A stretch of 32,000 bases of DNA from Microcystis aeruginosa NIES-2549 (GCF_000981785.2 NZ_CP011304.1:2340001-2372000); one strand, 5' to 3'; counted from the stretch's first letter, positions 8,528 through 18,551 are shown. Notes: generated by a model from the letters alone, not told the origin. Numbers and translations are program-made.

Positions 8528-9187
8528 TTAATTTTTACTTGTTTTTATGGCTGTCCAATGACGTTCAGAAGACTGATAAATTTTAACATTTTTTAAGCCT
8601 GATTGCTGGATTAAATCGGCGATTTCTGCTAGGGTAAAAGCCGCTCGCAGGGAGTCTTGAAATAGTTGCGATTGTCGGGGAGAAAAATTAGGATCGATTT
8701 CCCTCACCATCCCCTGGATTATTTCCTCGGAATCGGGACGGAATAAATCTCTTAAAAAAATGCCACCATGGGGTTTTAAAACTCGCTTAATTTCGCGTAA
8801 AAAAGGCAGAGGATTTTCGAGATGATGGATTAAACTATTAGAAATAACTAAATCAAATTGCTCGGATTGGTAGGGAAGATTTTTTCCATCAACTTTCTCC
8901 AATTTGATCTGTTCTTGACAGTTAGCATTAAGGATATTTTTTTGACCAATTTCTAACATAGAATCGGCCAGATCAATAGCGATAATTTGCCATTGGGGAC
9001 GTAGTTGACTGATCATAATCGGAATGCGTGCAGTACCAGTTCCTACATCTAATACCCTAGCATTAATACCAGCCAATTGTATGGCTTCTTTAGCGAAATT
9101 AGTATTAACTTCAGTGAAGTCCATGGCATCATATTCGAGCGCTTCTTCCCGATCATCCATTACTTCTGGTTCTAAAATTCTTTCCAT
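8528..9187 (-). CDS. Class I SAM-dependent methyltransferase
   Basis: Motif I VLDVGTGTARIP, followed by DLVISNSLIHHL. I prefer the start MERILEPEV (9187), because the track's longer ORF overlaps the stop of the upstream gene at 9201. Confidence 0.8.
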   Translation of the reverse strand: MERILEPEVMDDREEALEYDAMDFTEVNTNFAKEAIQLAGINARVLDVGTGTARIPIMISQLRPQWQIIAIDLADSMLEIGQKNILNANCQEQIKLEKVDGKNLPYQSEQFDLVISNSLIHHLENPLPFLREIKRVLKPHGGIFLRDLFRPDSEEIIQGMVREIDPNFSPRQSQLFQDSLRAAFTLAEIADLIQQSGLKNVKIYQSSERHWTAIKTSKN

Positions 9188-9200
9188 AGAAAAGCTATCT

Positions 9201-10043
9201 TTAGGGATTACAATATTCACAATACATTGGATCGGCGGTTTTTTGACCGTTGGGAAAGAGTTTTTCCTCTCGATAATCACACCTTTGACAACCGTATAGT
9301 TCCAGTTTAATTAAAGAGGTGGGAAAGTGACATAAACCACAGGGTAAACCCGCTTTTCTTTCGATAATATCAAACCCCGGACAACCACAATTAGGACATA
9401 ATTGATTAAGTTTTTGAACAAGATTTGCTGTCGCGGCAACAATTGCTTTCATCCGCGTGGGATTGTGCATAGCGCGCATATCGGTTTCTAGGTGTACTTT
9501 GCCGTTTTTGTCAAGAATATCTTCAACAATTTTAACTAAATTTTTCTGGTCAGTAATTCCCTTAAAAATCTCCTCGGAGTCGAGAGAATTTTTATCAAAC
9601 ATCACCACTAAACCATGACTAGGAAACCCGATTTTTTCGGCAAATTCTAAAGCAGCTGCTAGATTAGTTACAGTTTGGTGAGCGTGATTAGTTTCCGTGA
9701 CTATTGCTTGACCAATTATTTCTAGATTATGGACTCGATCGAGCAATAAAATCAATTCACGATTACAGGAAACTAGCGGCAAGTTGGGATAGGGATAAAA
9801 ACTACCCTCACTAGCAATTCCGATATCGTATCCCGAAAGCGCGATCGCTTCTTGTGCCTTCCTGCGAGCGGTTTCAATTTGTGTCCCGATGCGCTTAATA
9901 TCCCGGGTAAAAGTGCCAAAGCGATCGGTATCAAAATTATCGGGTACAATCACCTTAAGGCCTATTTCTTGCGCTAAAATCGGTGCAATTACCCGCTCTT
10001 TTCCGTGCATAGTCCCTAAAATTGCTATCCGATCTTGAAACAT
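9201..10043 (-). CDS. Conserved hypothetical protein with a C-terminal Cys-rich (zinc-ribbon-like) region
   Basis: Long ORF in codirectional operon context. The C-terminus carries CPNCGCPGF...CGLCHF...CQRCDY...CEYC. The start is ambiguous among three Met codons (10088, 10058, 10043) because of a short MFQEK/MFQD duplication. Confidence 0.6.
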   Translation of the reverse strand: MFQDRIAILGTMHGKERVIAPILAQEIGLKVIVPDNFDTDRFGTFTRDIKRIGTQIETARRKAQEAIALSGYDIGIASEGSFYPYPNLPLVSCNRELILLLDRVHNLEIIGQAIVTETNHAHQTVTNLAAALEFAEKIGFPSHGLVVMFDKNSLDSEEIFKGITDQKNLVKIVEDILDKNGKVHLETDMRAMHNPTRMKAIVAATANLVQKLNQLCPNCGCPGFDIIERKAGLPCGLCHFPTSLIKLELYGCQRCDYREEKLFPNGQKTADPMYCEYCNP

Positions 10044-10144
10044 CTTTTCTTGAAACATCTTGATCAAGGAAAAAGTAAAAAACAGCAATCAGCGAAAAGA
10101 AAACGGCAATTTCCTACTTAAGACTGTCCACTTAAAACTCACAT

Positions 10145-10177
10145 CTGATAACTGATAACTGATAACTGATAACTGAT
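10145..10177. repeat. Heptamer tandem array (CTGATAA)x~4.6
   Basis: Direct reading: ctgataactgataactgataactgataactgat. Confidence 0.9.
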
Positions 10178-10244
10178 GGTGGGTTACGGCGAATACTAAA
10201 TAGGTGGTAAAATATCTAAATTATTGTCGCCTAACCCACCCTAC
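10178..10244. repeat. Small palindromic element GGTGGGTTACGGCGA...TCGCCTAACCCACCCTAC
   Basis: Inverted ends of about 15 nt (one extra base on the left) around an AT-rich ~35-nt centre. It ends in ACCCTAC immediately before the stop of the S1-domain gene. Confidence 0.7.
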
Positions 10245-10245
10245 A

Positions 10246-11127
10246 CTAAGTTGCTGGGGTTTTTTCCTGAGCTTGTTGTAATCTTTCTGCTGCTGTTTCC
10301 ATGACTTCTGCAAAGTTTTCGATAATTTCACCGGGGTGCGCTTCCAGGATTTTTGTAGATAGGGAAATGCGATTTTTATATTCGTCAATTTCCGCGACTA
10401 CCACTTGAATTGCCTGACCAACTTTAAAGAAAGTCATGGGAGAATTAAAAGATGCTCCCGTCACCTGTTTAGCATGGAGTAATCCCGTCACTCCACCGCA
10501 ATCGACAAAGACACCGTAGGGTTGTAATTTAACCACAGTGCCACTTAATAATTTACCCACAGCTAATTGACTGATAGCGTTAGCGCGAGCAATTTCTCGC
10601 TGAGACAAAACTAACTTATTATTTTCTTGATCGATTTGAATAAAAGTTGCGGTTAAAAGTTGTCCGATCAGGGAATCTAAATCATTTTTTTCGATTAAAT
10701 GGGAGCGAGGGATAAATCCTTTTAATCCCTCCACTTCCCCCGTCACTCCTCCCTTATTCACCCCCGTGACGCGCAGCTGCACCGACTTGCCACTTTCAGA
10801 GATTTCCCTGACATTTTCCCAAGCTTTTTGCAGTAATAATTGACGCAGAGATAGGGTAACTTGTCCTTCCGCATCCTGTCCACGGGTAATCAGAAAATCG
10901 AATTCTGCACCTATGGGTAAAGCTTCAGCAATGGAAGTGACATTTTCCAGGGAAATTTCCCTTAAAGAAATAAAAGCGGAGGATTTGCCGCCAATATCGA
11001 TGTATGCTCCATCGGAGGTGTGTTGATCTACTCTCCCGCGCACGATCTGCCCTTTTTCAAATTGATAATCGTATTGATCAAGAGCTTTGGCAAAATCGTC
11101 CATGGAAAAGGCAGGGTTCGGTGTCAT
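10246..11127 (-). CDS. 30S ribosomal protein S1 homolog / S1 RNA-binding domain protein
   Basis: 293-aa ORF with three repeats of the S1 pattern (GQIVRGRV...GAYIDIGGKSSAFI; VTGVNKGGVTGEVEGLKGFIPRSH; LSGTVVKLQPYGVFVDCGGVTGLLH). Confidence 0.85.
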   Translation of the reverse strand: MTPNPAFSMDDFAKALDQYDYQFEKGQIVRGRVDQHTSDGAYIDIGGKSSAFISLREISLENVTSIAEALPIGAEFDFLITRGQDAEGQVTLSLRQLLLQKAWENVREISESGKSVQLRVTGVNKGGVTGEVEGLKGFIPRSHLIEKNDLDSLIGQLLTATFIQIDQENNKLVLSQREIARANAISQLAVGKLLSGTVVKLQPYGVFVDCGGVTGLLHAKQVTGASFNSPMTFFKVGQAIQVVVAEIDEYKNRISLSTKILEAHPGEIIENFAEVMETAAERLQQAQEKTPAT

Positions 11128-11199
11128 GATAAATAGAATGGTTACAAATGTGATTTCGAACTGCTTCCAGTGTAAGCTGAAGCTTGAGGGGTCAGACCA

Positions 11200-11934
11200 T
11201 TAAGATTTAAGAAGACTAAATAACTCTAGCACATGATCCCAGGCAGATTTGGCCGCCTTAGCATTATAACTAGCTCTTTGGTCGCAGAAAAAGCCATGGT
11301 CGGCGTTTTCATAGCGGAAAACTCGATGAGGAATTTGATTACGCGTTAATGCGTGTTCTATCTCATCCACTTGCTTTTGAGGAATACTCGCATCTAACAT
11401 CCCGAAAAATGCGTAGATTGTCCCCTTGATTTGGGGAGTCACTTTCACTGTCGCTTGGCCACCGCCTGGGGTTCCCGTGGTGATTCCCGCACCGTAAAAA
11501 GAGGCAGTAACTTTGATATCCTCTAGAGTGGAGACAAGATAAACCACATGACCACCAAAACAAAAACCGATCGTGCCGACACCGGTTTTTTGCACCTGTG
11601 GCAAACTATAAAGATAATCGATGGTGGCCTGGATATCGCTGATTAATTCGGCTGCTTTGGTTTGTTCTTTGTACTGACGACCGATTTCGATATCTGCCAT
11701 ACTGTACCCCGTTTCAAAACCAGGAGCGAATCGCTGATAAATGGCAGGAGCGATCGCTATATAGCCTTCTTGGGCAATTCTACGGGTGATATGGCGAATA
11801 TGGTCGTTTACGCCGAATATTTCCTGAATCACGATAATTGCTGGATAAATTCCCACTCGATCGGGAATGGCTAAATAGGCATCTATGTCAATATCTTTGT
11901 TAGGAATCGTAACAGTTTGCGTATTAATGGTCAT
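11200..11934 (-). CDS. Dienelactone hydrolase family protein
   Basis: 244-aa ORF. It has the nucleophile elbow IGFCFGGH (Cys-type, as in DLH) and a C-terminal ADHGF histidine motif. Confidence 0.85.
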   Translation of the reverse strand: MTINTQTVTIPNKDIDIDAYLAIPDRVGIYPAIIVIQEIFGVNDHIRHITRRIAQEGYIAIAPAIYQRFAPGFETGYSMADIEIGRQYKEQTKAAELISDIQATIDYLYSLPQVQKTGVGTIGFCFGGHVVYLVSTLEDIKVTASFYGAGITTGTPGGGQATVKVTPQIKGTIYAFFGMLDASIPQKQVDEIEHALTRNQIPHRVFRYENADHGFFCDQRASYNAKAAKSAWDHVLELFSLLKS

Positions 11935-12007
11935 AATTTTCTCGGTAAAAAAGCTGTTGGTTTTTTGGTTTCGGGGTTTTAGGGTGTTGGGGTTTTAGTT
12001 GAAATTT

Positions 12008-12042
12008 CCCATTCCCCCATTTCCCCACTTCCCCATTCCCCC
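12008..12042 (-). repeat. C-rich (TTCCCCA-like) repeat; on the minus (transcribed) strand it gives five G-runs, a canonical G-quadruplex motif
   Basis: C-runs at 12008-10, 12014-18, 12023-26, 12031-34 and 12038-42, separated by 3-4 nt. It lies between the stop of the HAD gene and the start of the DLH gene. Confidence 0.6.
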
Positions 12043-12047
12043 ATTCC

Positions 12048-12887
12048 TCAAATCAAAACAAACTTTGCCAAGGCTGCAGCCACCCCATTTAAGTCTACAC
12101 TGGGGGCAACCCAATCGGCTTGATCCTTAACAGCTTGGGGAGCATTACCCATGGCGACACCGACACCCGCATAGGTGAGCATAGAAACATCATTAAAATT
12201 ATCACCGATCGCCATGACGTTTTTGGGTTGTAATCCTAGGATATCTTCGGCCAAAAATTGGGTGGCGCTTCCCTTGGTAGCCTCAACGTGGGTAACTTCA
12301 AAAAAAGTCGGACTCGATTGGGTAAAGTATAAATCTTGATTTTGATAACGTTGCTGTAAATGCTGCCAAATCTCGGCGATAAATTGCTTATCTTCCCCCA
12401 TGGCCAGGATTTTAGTGGTTTTGTGGGCAACTTTGCGTAAATCTCCCACTGCTTCGGCAATAATACCCGATCGCTGCCGATAGAATTCCGTTTCCGCGTT
12501 TAATTGCCGCACATAAAGCACATCGTCCATATAAAAATTAAGGGAGATTTTCTCTTTCCATTGGGGTTGTTCGAGATAATCTAAAAGATCGATCGCCAAG
12601 TCGGGGGAAATGGGAGTATGTCGATGGTGAACTTGGGAAACAGGATCTTGAATCCAAGCGCCATTGTAAGCAATTATAGGTAAAGTGGATTTAAGGCGTT
12701 TATGAAAGCGTAAAGCCGAACGGTACATCCTGCCAGTGCCAATAGCGACGCGAATTCCCTTTTTTTGGACGGCCGAGACCGCTTGCACCACAGCCGGATT
12801 AACCTGATTGTTATCACCGGCGATCGTTCCATCCACATCGACAACGATTAAGCGAATATCCACAGTCTTTTCCCATTCAACGGTCAA
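12048..12887 (-). CDS. Cof-type HAD-IIB family hydrolase (sugar phosphatase-like)
   Basis: HAD motif I VVDVDGTI and motif IV GDNFNDVSML; 279 aa. Confidence 0.85.
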   Translation of the reverse strand: MTVEWEKTVDIRLIVVDVDGTIAGDNNQVNPAVVQAVSAVQKKGIRVAIGTGRMYRSALRFHKRLKSTLPIIAYNGAWIQDPVSQVHHRHTPISPDLAIDLLDYLEQPQWKEKISLNFYMDDVLYVRQLNAETEFYRQRSGIIAEAVGDLRKVAHKTTKILAMGEDKQFIAEIWQHLQQRYQNQDLYFTQSSPTFFEVTHVEATKGSATQFLAEDILGLQPKNVMAIGDNFNDVSMLTYAGVGVAMGNAPQAVKDQADWVAPSVDLNGVAAALAKFVLI

Positions 12888-12941
12888 CAGTTAATAGTTT
12901 GCCACTTCCCCCCTCAAAAAGGGCAAGAATTAAGTAGTCTG

Positions 12942-14369
12942 TTAACTATCGGGTAAATCTTGGTATTCAGCCAAAGCATTGATAAAAAAGAAGTCTCCCC
13001 AAATTAAACCCGTATCATAGATTTGGGTGGGTTGAATCGCCTCGGGATGATGATAACAACCATGACGCAATAAACTCATCTCTGGGGCGGTTTCATCGGG
13101 AAAATAGGCAAAAGAAGTCAGATTCAAGAGAATATTATCGATCGCCTCTCGATAGGTTCCATAACTAGGATCACTGCTGGGTAAAGCTTTTAATAAGCGA
13201 ATCATCCCCGCCACAGCGATCGCTGCTGCCGAAGAATCCCTTTCGGTAGCGGCATTTTTTTGCAAGGCATAATCAAAATCCCAAGGGGGAATAAAATCTC
13301 CGGCGCGTCTTTGTCCACCGGGCCAACGATCGGGCAAATTTTCTAGATAATAATTAATGGCATCCTTGGCAATGGTTAACATTTCCGGATCGCCAGTGTA
13401 AATATAGGCCGTCGTGGCACTATAAATAAACCAAGCTTGACCCCGAGACCAAGTGCTATCATCGCGCCAGCCCTGTTTTCCCTCATTAAATAAGAAATTT
13501 CTATAGGTGGGAGAGTTGACATTTTGATCAAAATACCCTCTTTGCCAAGTTCCCGTTTTACCCGGGCGACGATTAGCCCCAAAGGTGCGGCTAATGGTGC
13601 GGATGTGGGAAAGGGCCTTTTCTTGCCAATCTTTTGCTTCCTTGGGGTCAGAATTGTGGAGACTTGCCCAGAGCAGTTGTTCTATATTGATCGTATGGTC
13701 GATAAAAACCTGCCAATGTTCTTGTCGATCAGTGCGATCAGCCTTGCGTAGCCAGCCAAAAGTCCCGATATCGCTGTGATAACTCCCCTTCCCATCCTGA
13801 AAAGGTTGCGCTAGTTGTCTGGCCCCTCGTAAAGTTATCTCTAAAGCTTCCTGTTTTTCCTTGCCCTGTCCCGACTCAAACCAAGGAGCAAACACCAGTA
13901 AATTATTAAGAGCGATGTCTTTGTTCTTCAAACTGGCTTCTTTTAAGGGATCACTCCATTTTTTCGCAGCAGCTGACCAAAAGCCCGCATACATAGGGTC
14001 TGATTCTAAATCAGCCATTTTCCATAATAAAGCAGGAAAAGCTCCTGCCGCCCAAAAATCGGCGTTTTCTACCTTCCAAGTGCCGGGGATGGGACTATTG
14101 AGCATCCGTTGCCAATTGAAGAAATTAAAACCCGATGGCTCTGGATTGGTAAGATAGGGATAAACAATGCCAAGATAGGCATAACTATCGAGATAGTCGA
14201 TCGTAGTGATTAGCTTCATCCTAGCCAGCTCGAGACAGAGCTTAATTCTTTGGGCCAGGGGCATTTTGTCGCGTAATTCCGCCGCCGATTCGGGACGATG
14301 GATAATCAGGGAGGCCACCGCACCGATCGCCGCCCCCGTACCCATAATTATTAGCGTGCGTCGCTTCAA
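12942..14369 (-). CDS. Glycoside hydrolase family 88-like (unsaturated glucuronyl hydrolase-like) protein with a Tat/Sec-type signal
   Basis: 475-aa ORF. The N-terminus MKRRTLIIMGTGAAIGAVA looks twin-arginine-like. The internal WSRGQAWFIY resembles the conserved RGQAW motif of GH88/GH105 enzymes. The family call comes from memory of that motif only. Confidence 0.55.
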   Translation of the reverse strand: MKRRTLIIMGTGAAIGAVASLIIHRPESAAELRDKMPLAQRIKLCLELARMKLITTIDYLDSYAYLGIVYPYLTNPEPSGFNFFNWQRMLNSPIPGTWKVENADFWAAGAFPALLWKMADLESDPMYAGFWSAAAKKWSDPLKEASLKNKDIALNNLLVFAPWFESGQGKEKQEALEITLRGARQLAQPFQDGKGSYHSDIGTFGWLRKADRTDRQEHWQVFIDHTINIEQLLWASLHNSDPKEAKDWQEKALSHIRTISRTFGANRRPGKTGTWQRGYFDQNVNSPTYRNFLFNEGKQGWRDDSTWSRGQAWFIYSATTAYIYTGDPEMLTIAKDAINYYLENLPDRWPGGQRRAGDFIPPWDFDYALQKNAATERDSSAAAIAVAGMIRLLKALPSSDPSYGTYREAIDNILLNLTSFAYFPDETAPEMSLLRHGCYHHPEAIQPTQIYDTGLIWGDFFFINALAEYQDLPDS

Positions 14370-14380
14370 ATTCCTGACTC

Positions 14381-16126
14381 CTAAGCTGGATAGATGCGAA
14401 TACGGCGATTCGGTTCCTCTCCGAAGCTATCGGATTGGAGACGGTAATGTTCCACTAATTCGTGCTGCATTTTCCGCACTTTCGCCGATCGCGGCAGTAA
14501 CTCCACCGGTTGACCGGTAGGAATAACGATTTGTTCCACCGCTAACCTGGCCTCCTCTAAAGCTTCGATCTCGTCATCGCTGCCGCTGCGGGCAAATAAA
14601 CGCAGGTCGGCACCTTCCTGATTCATCGGGTCATCAATGCCCAAAATCCGCTTTAAACCCCGAGAAATTTGGGGCAGGGTATTGGATTTGATGCCGTGGA
14701 TGGGAATTTGTCTTACTTTAGCAATTTGACGCAATTTTGACTGATTTTTAACGTGGGAACGCAGGGCCAGCACTGCGTCGGCCTCCTGTAAATTTTTGGT
14801 CAAAACGATCGGCAAATCTAGGGCCTGTACTACCTGTTCGATCGGAGCGCGACTAACCCCGTAGGGATAGACATAAACCGGCCAATCTTCGCCATTAGGA
14901 CCGGGGACGCGGACTTTTTCCGTTTCCGGTTCTTCCTGCAGCCAAGATTGTTCGAGGAGGCGATCGAAATCGTTTTCCCGGTTGAGAGGGCCCACAGGGA
15001 AACGGGCCACGGGAGTCATCCGACCATCGGCCCGCCATCCCTTGGGTTTATCCATTTCCGGGAGATAATTGCCGCGCAAAGGGGTCAACTTTTCCGGTTT
15101 TGGTTCTTCCTGAGCGACCTGTACTTTTCCCTCCTCGTCCACCCAACGGATTTGGGCAATTGCTTCCCGTCCCCGCAGCAGTTGGTCGATAGTAGTAGAT
15201 ACGTCCTCGTGGATGACCCAGCGCTGACGTTCCAACATTTCGATGGCAATCTCAAAGGTGGGGGGTGCTTTGCGTTCTAAAACGGTCTTCTGGGAACCCC
15301 GGCGGCGTGCTTCTTCGTCTCCGAGAGTTACTGCCTGAATTCCACCGACTAAATCCGATAAAGTCGGGTTTTTAATTAAATTTTCCAGTTGATTGCCGTG
15401 GGCGGTTCCCACTAACTGCACCCCGCGTTCGGCGATCGTGCGAGCGGCCAGAGCTTCTAATTCCGTACCGATCTCATCAATCACGATCACCTCCGGCATA
15501 TGGTTTTCCACTGCTTCGATCATGACTTGATGCTGCAATTCCGGACGGGCCACCTGCATCCGACGAGCGCGACCGATGGCCGGATGGGGAATATCTCCAT
15601 CCCCGGCGATTTCGTTGGAGGTGTCGATAATCACTACCCGTTTATTGAGATCGTCGGCTAAAACTCGGGCTATTTCCCGGAGAGCGGTGGTTTTCCCCAC
15701 CCCCGGACGACCGAGCAGCAGCAGGGATTTTCCTGTTTCCACTAGGTCGTTAATTAGGGTGATCGTACCGAAAACAGCCCGACCGATACGACAGGTTAAA
15801 CCGATAATTTCCCCGTCTCGATTGCGAATGGCACTGATCCGGTGCAGGGTGCGTTCAATCCCAGCGCGATTATCGCCGCTAAAACTGCCCACCCGGGCGA
15901 TCGAATACTGGATTTCTTCTTTTGAGATCGGTTCGTCTCCCAGATCGATCGCCCCATCGGGAAAACGCGCTTCTGGTATGCGTCCCAAATCCATAACTAC
16001 TTCGATTAGTTGATGCTGCCGCGGGTGTTCCTCGATTTTGCCGCGAATCCGAGCGGGTAGAATTGCCAAGAGTTTGTTTAAGTCGTCGGTCACTGGCATC
16101 CGAGAGGAGGGTAGGGTTTCTGGCAT
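14381..16126 (-). CDS. ycf45: Ycf45-type protein: SpoIIIAA-like AAA ATPase with a C-terminal R3H nucleic-acid-binding domain
   Basis: Walker A GRPGVGKTT and Walker B VIVIDEIG. C-terminal R3H motif RKMQHELVEHYRLQSDSFGEEPNRRIRIY. At 581 aa, the size fits cyanobacterial and plastid Ycf45. Confidence 0.75.
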   Translation of the reverse strand: MPETLPSSRMPVTDDLNKLLAILPARIRGKIEEHPRQHQLIEVVMDLGRIPEARFPDGAIDLGDEPISKEEIQYSIARVGSFSGDNRAGIERTLHRISAIRNRDGEIIGLTCRIGRAVFGTITLINDLVETGKSLLLLGRPGVGKTTALREIARVLADDLNKRVVIIDTSNEIAGDGDIPHPAIGRARRMQVARPELQHQVMIEAVENHMPEVIVIDEIGTELEALAARTIAERGVQLVGTAHGNQLENLIKNPTLSDLVGGIQAVTLGDEEARRRGSQKTVLERKAPPTFEIAIEMLERQRWVIHEDVSTTIDQLLRGREAIAQIRWVDEEGKVQVAQEEPKPEKLTPLRGNYLPEMDKPKGWRADGRMTPVARFPVGPLNRENDFDRLLEQSWLQEEPETEKVRVPGPNGEDWPVYVYPYGVSRAPIEQVVQALDLPIVLTKNLQEADAVLALRSHVKNQSKLRQIAKVRQIPIHGIKSNTLPQISRGLKRILGIDDPMNQEGADLRLFARSGSDDEIEALEEARLAVEQIVIPTGQPVELLPRSAKVRKMQHELVEHYRLQSDSFGEEPNRRIRIYPA

Positions 16127-16248
16127 TAAATTAATAGTAAAAGGTTTTGGCGATAATTGACTGTTTTTATTTCCAGGATTTTCTTGGGGTCTAACACATT
16201 TAGGGGTTAGTTGTCAATTAAAAAAATATTATAGTTTTTTGAGCAAGG

Positions 16249-17250
16249 CTAGGCTTTTAATTGAGCAACCACCATAGAAGCCCCTTTAAGGGCTTCTTGG
16301 TAAGATTGGGGGTCATTTTCAAGGTTAGGCTGGTCTAAATGCTCTAAAATTGGCAAAATCAATGAACGGGCGTAACTTCCAGATGCAATACCAGCGATTT
16401 TTTCTCTCAGTCCCAGTTGCTGTAATTTGGTCACGGTGTGGTCATTGGTTCCCCCGGCTAACTGCACAAATCCGGCTAGATTGCTGGAAAGGACTTTTTT
16501 GGCCATATTAATGGCCGGGTGGGTGGTCCCTTTGCCGATATCGCCGCTCATCGGTCGGCCGTCCGTCTGCCAAATCAGAGGACAGCTTAGGGGTGAAATG
16601 GTTTCTCGCAGATAGTGGAGGTAATCAATGATATATTCATCATCTTGGCAACTTATGGCCAGGATTTTTAGGTTTTTAGTTAAAGGTGCGATCGCTTGCC
16701 AGAGTCGAGCAAATTCCTCTCCATGACCGACTTGGGTATGAATTTCGATCGCATCGACTCCCATTTCGATAATTAAGGGGATAATTTCTTCAGGTTGACA
16801 GACACGGGATCTTGTCTCGATTATCTGCTCGGGACAAACGGGTAAGCAACGACCGCAACCATAACAGCGCTGTTCAATCACTCCCCCCCCATCAATAGCA
16901 TAAGCGGGACAGATTTTTTCGCAGGGACGGGGACAATCGACCGGACAGAGTTGCGGGTTAAAGACAGCTTTGCGAAAGTGGGGATCTTCACCGTCATTGA
17001 GACTGACCATTAACCAAGGCCGTTGATTGGCAGGGAATCCGGCGATTTTGGCGGCGGTTTCCATGCCTTCGCGGGCCGCAAGGATCACGGCTCGATCAGC
17101 AGCCACATCAATACAATCGGCCCCGGCGATAGTATAGGCCAAGGCGAGGTTGCGAATCGTGGGCAAATCTTGGTAACTAGCTCCACAGATGAGCTTGAAC
17201 CAGTGACCCGCCACTAGGGACTGTAAGGGAGGGGGGTTTTTATCTAGCAC
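16249..17250 (-). CDS. ldpA: LdpA-like iron-sulfur protein (light-dependent period protein A family)
   Basis: N-terminal HWFKLICGASYQDLPTIRNLALAYTIAGADCIDVAA plus two 4Fe-4S motifs, CPVDCPRPCEKICP and CYGCGRCLPVCP. This matches my recollection of cyanobacterial LdpA. Confidence 0.6.
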   Translation of the reverse strand: MLDKNPPPLQSLVAGHWFKLICGASYQDLPTIRNLALAYTIAGADCIDVAADRAVILAAREGMETAAKIAGFPANQRPWLMVSLNDGEDPHFRKAVFNPQLCPVDCPRPCEKICPAYAIDGGGVIEQRCYGCGRCLPVCPEQIIETRSRVCQPEEIIPLIIEMGVDAIEIHTQVGHGEEFARLWQAIAPLTKNLKILAISCQDDEYIIDYLHYLRETISPLSCPLIWQTDGRPMSGDIGKGTTHPAINMAKKVLSSNLAGFVQLAGGTNDHTVTKLQQLGLREKIAGIASGSYARSLILPILEHLDQPNLENDPQSYQEALKGASMVVAQLKA

Positions 17251-17363
17251 TTTTTCATCCTATCGCGCCCAGCCCCTAAATGTCAGCCCTGTGCTGCTCT
17301 GATTCTGACTAAAGACTGATTATTGATTCTTTTTGGACGAATGCCATCGGCCTCTACATTGAA

Positions 17364-17585
17364 CTATAAACCCAAACGCTGCTTTTGACGGGCTTTATAG
17401 GAAGCTAACAGCCAAATAGAGCCAGAAATCAAAGAAGGAGCAAGGACAAAAAAAGTGGCCATGGTCACGGGATGTTCCCGGGCCCAGACCCAATAAATCA
17501 TCACGGCAAAAATCAAGCCACAGTAAGCTAGTCCTAGAAAGGGGATGCCAATGACCAAAATGGCGAATCGAGTATCTTTATCCAT
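17364..17585 (-). CDS. Small hypothetical membrane protein (two predicted helices)
   Basis: 73-aa ORF with two hydrophobic segments and a basic C-terminus. No family recognised. Confidence 0.45.
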   Translation of the reverse strand: MDKDTRFAILVIGIPFLGLAYCGLIFAVMIYWVWAREHPVTMATFFVLAPSLISGSIWLLASYKARQKQRLGL

Positions 17586-17724
17586 AAAATATCGGGATGG
17601 CAGCGAAAATTTAGCTGATGGGTTTCGCTTACCCCTTTCTTTACTTATAATCTTCTTTCTGGGATTGCTTGGGGAAAAATAAGGTATTTTTTAGAATTAG
17701 GCGCTGATTATTGGGAGGCCTTCC

Positions 17725-18531
17725 TTGCCGAAACAAAGATTAGATTTATTATTAGTAGCCAAAAATCTCTGTGATTCCCGTCAACAGGCACAGCGATTAA
17801 TTCGCGCTGGAGAGGTGAAAGTCAATCACCAAATCATCGATAAACCGGCCACAGAAATCGATCCAGAAGCGGCGATCGAGGTTAAGCAGAAACTGCCCTA
17901 TTTGTCAAGGGGGGGCGAAAAATTAGCCAAGGCCTTAGAATTGTTTGCCATTGATGTCAGCGATCGCATTTGTTTAGATGGGGGCATTTCCACGGGGGGA
18001 TTTACCGATTGTCTCTTGCAAAAAGGGGCAAAACGGGTTTATGGGGTCGATGTGGGTTATGGACAAGTAGCGTGGAGTTTACGGCAGCATGAACGGGTTA
18101 TTTTACTAGAAAGAACTAATTTTCGCTATTTAACCCCAGAAAAGTTATACGGATCAGAAAAACCCGCCGATTTAGCGGTCATGGATCTGTCTTTTATTTC
18201 TCTGACCAAAGTGCTACCGACCCTGTGGACGCTATTAAATCCACCCCGAGAGGCGATTTTATTGGTCAAACCCCAATTCGAGGTGGGACGGGAAAAAGTC
18301 GGCAAAAAAGGGGTAGTTCGCGACTACCAAGACCAAGCAGGGGCAATTTTTCAGGTTTTACAGGCCGCCGAAGTCTTAGGATGGTTCTATCGGGGTTTAA
18401 CTTGGTCTCCCATTACCGGACCTGCGGGTAATGTCGAGTATCTTCTCTGGTTGTCCACCGAGACTGGCCCAGTTAGTCCCAGTTTAGCCGCGATCGCAGA
18501 AATCAGTCAAAAAGCGATCGAACAGTTTTAA
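17725..18531 (+). CDS. tlyA: TlyA-family rRNA (cytidine-2'-O)-methyltransferase
   Basis: TTG start. The S4-like N-terminus is RLDLLLV...SRQQAQRLIRAGEVKVN. The FtsJ-type fold shows in LDGGISTGGFTDCLLQKGAKRVYGVDVG. Confidence 0.85.
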   Translation: MPKQRLDLLLVAKNLCDSRQQAQRLIRAGEVKVNHQIIDKPATEIDPEAAIEVKQKLPYLSRGGEKLAKALELFAIDVSDRICLDGGISTGGFTDCLLQKGAKRVYGVDVGYGQVAWSLRQHERVILLERTNFRYLTPEKLYGSEKPADLAVMDLSFISLTKVLPTLWTLLNPPREAILLVKPQFEVGREKVGKKGVVRDYQDQAGAIFQVLQAAEVLGWFYRGLTWSPITGPAGNVEYLLWLSTETGPVSPSLAAIAEISQKAIEQF

Positions 18532-18551
18532 CCCCAGTGTTTTGTCAAGGC

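Noticed and set aside
13376-14520. Several 64-104-aa ORFs on both strands (13376-13582 on the minus strand; 13524-13751, 13585-13779, 13861-14157 and 14206-14520 on the plus strand)
   Set aside because: All are embedded in, or antisense to, the GH88-like gene or the end of ycf45. Their composition is typical of out-of-frame reading of a real gene.
15576-16013. 145-aa + strand ORF (also 14948-15280, 110 aa)
   Set aside because: It is antisense to the strongly supported Ycf45 AAA/R3H gene. The Arg/Ser/Pro-rich sequence is typical of a reverse-frame artefact.
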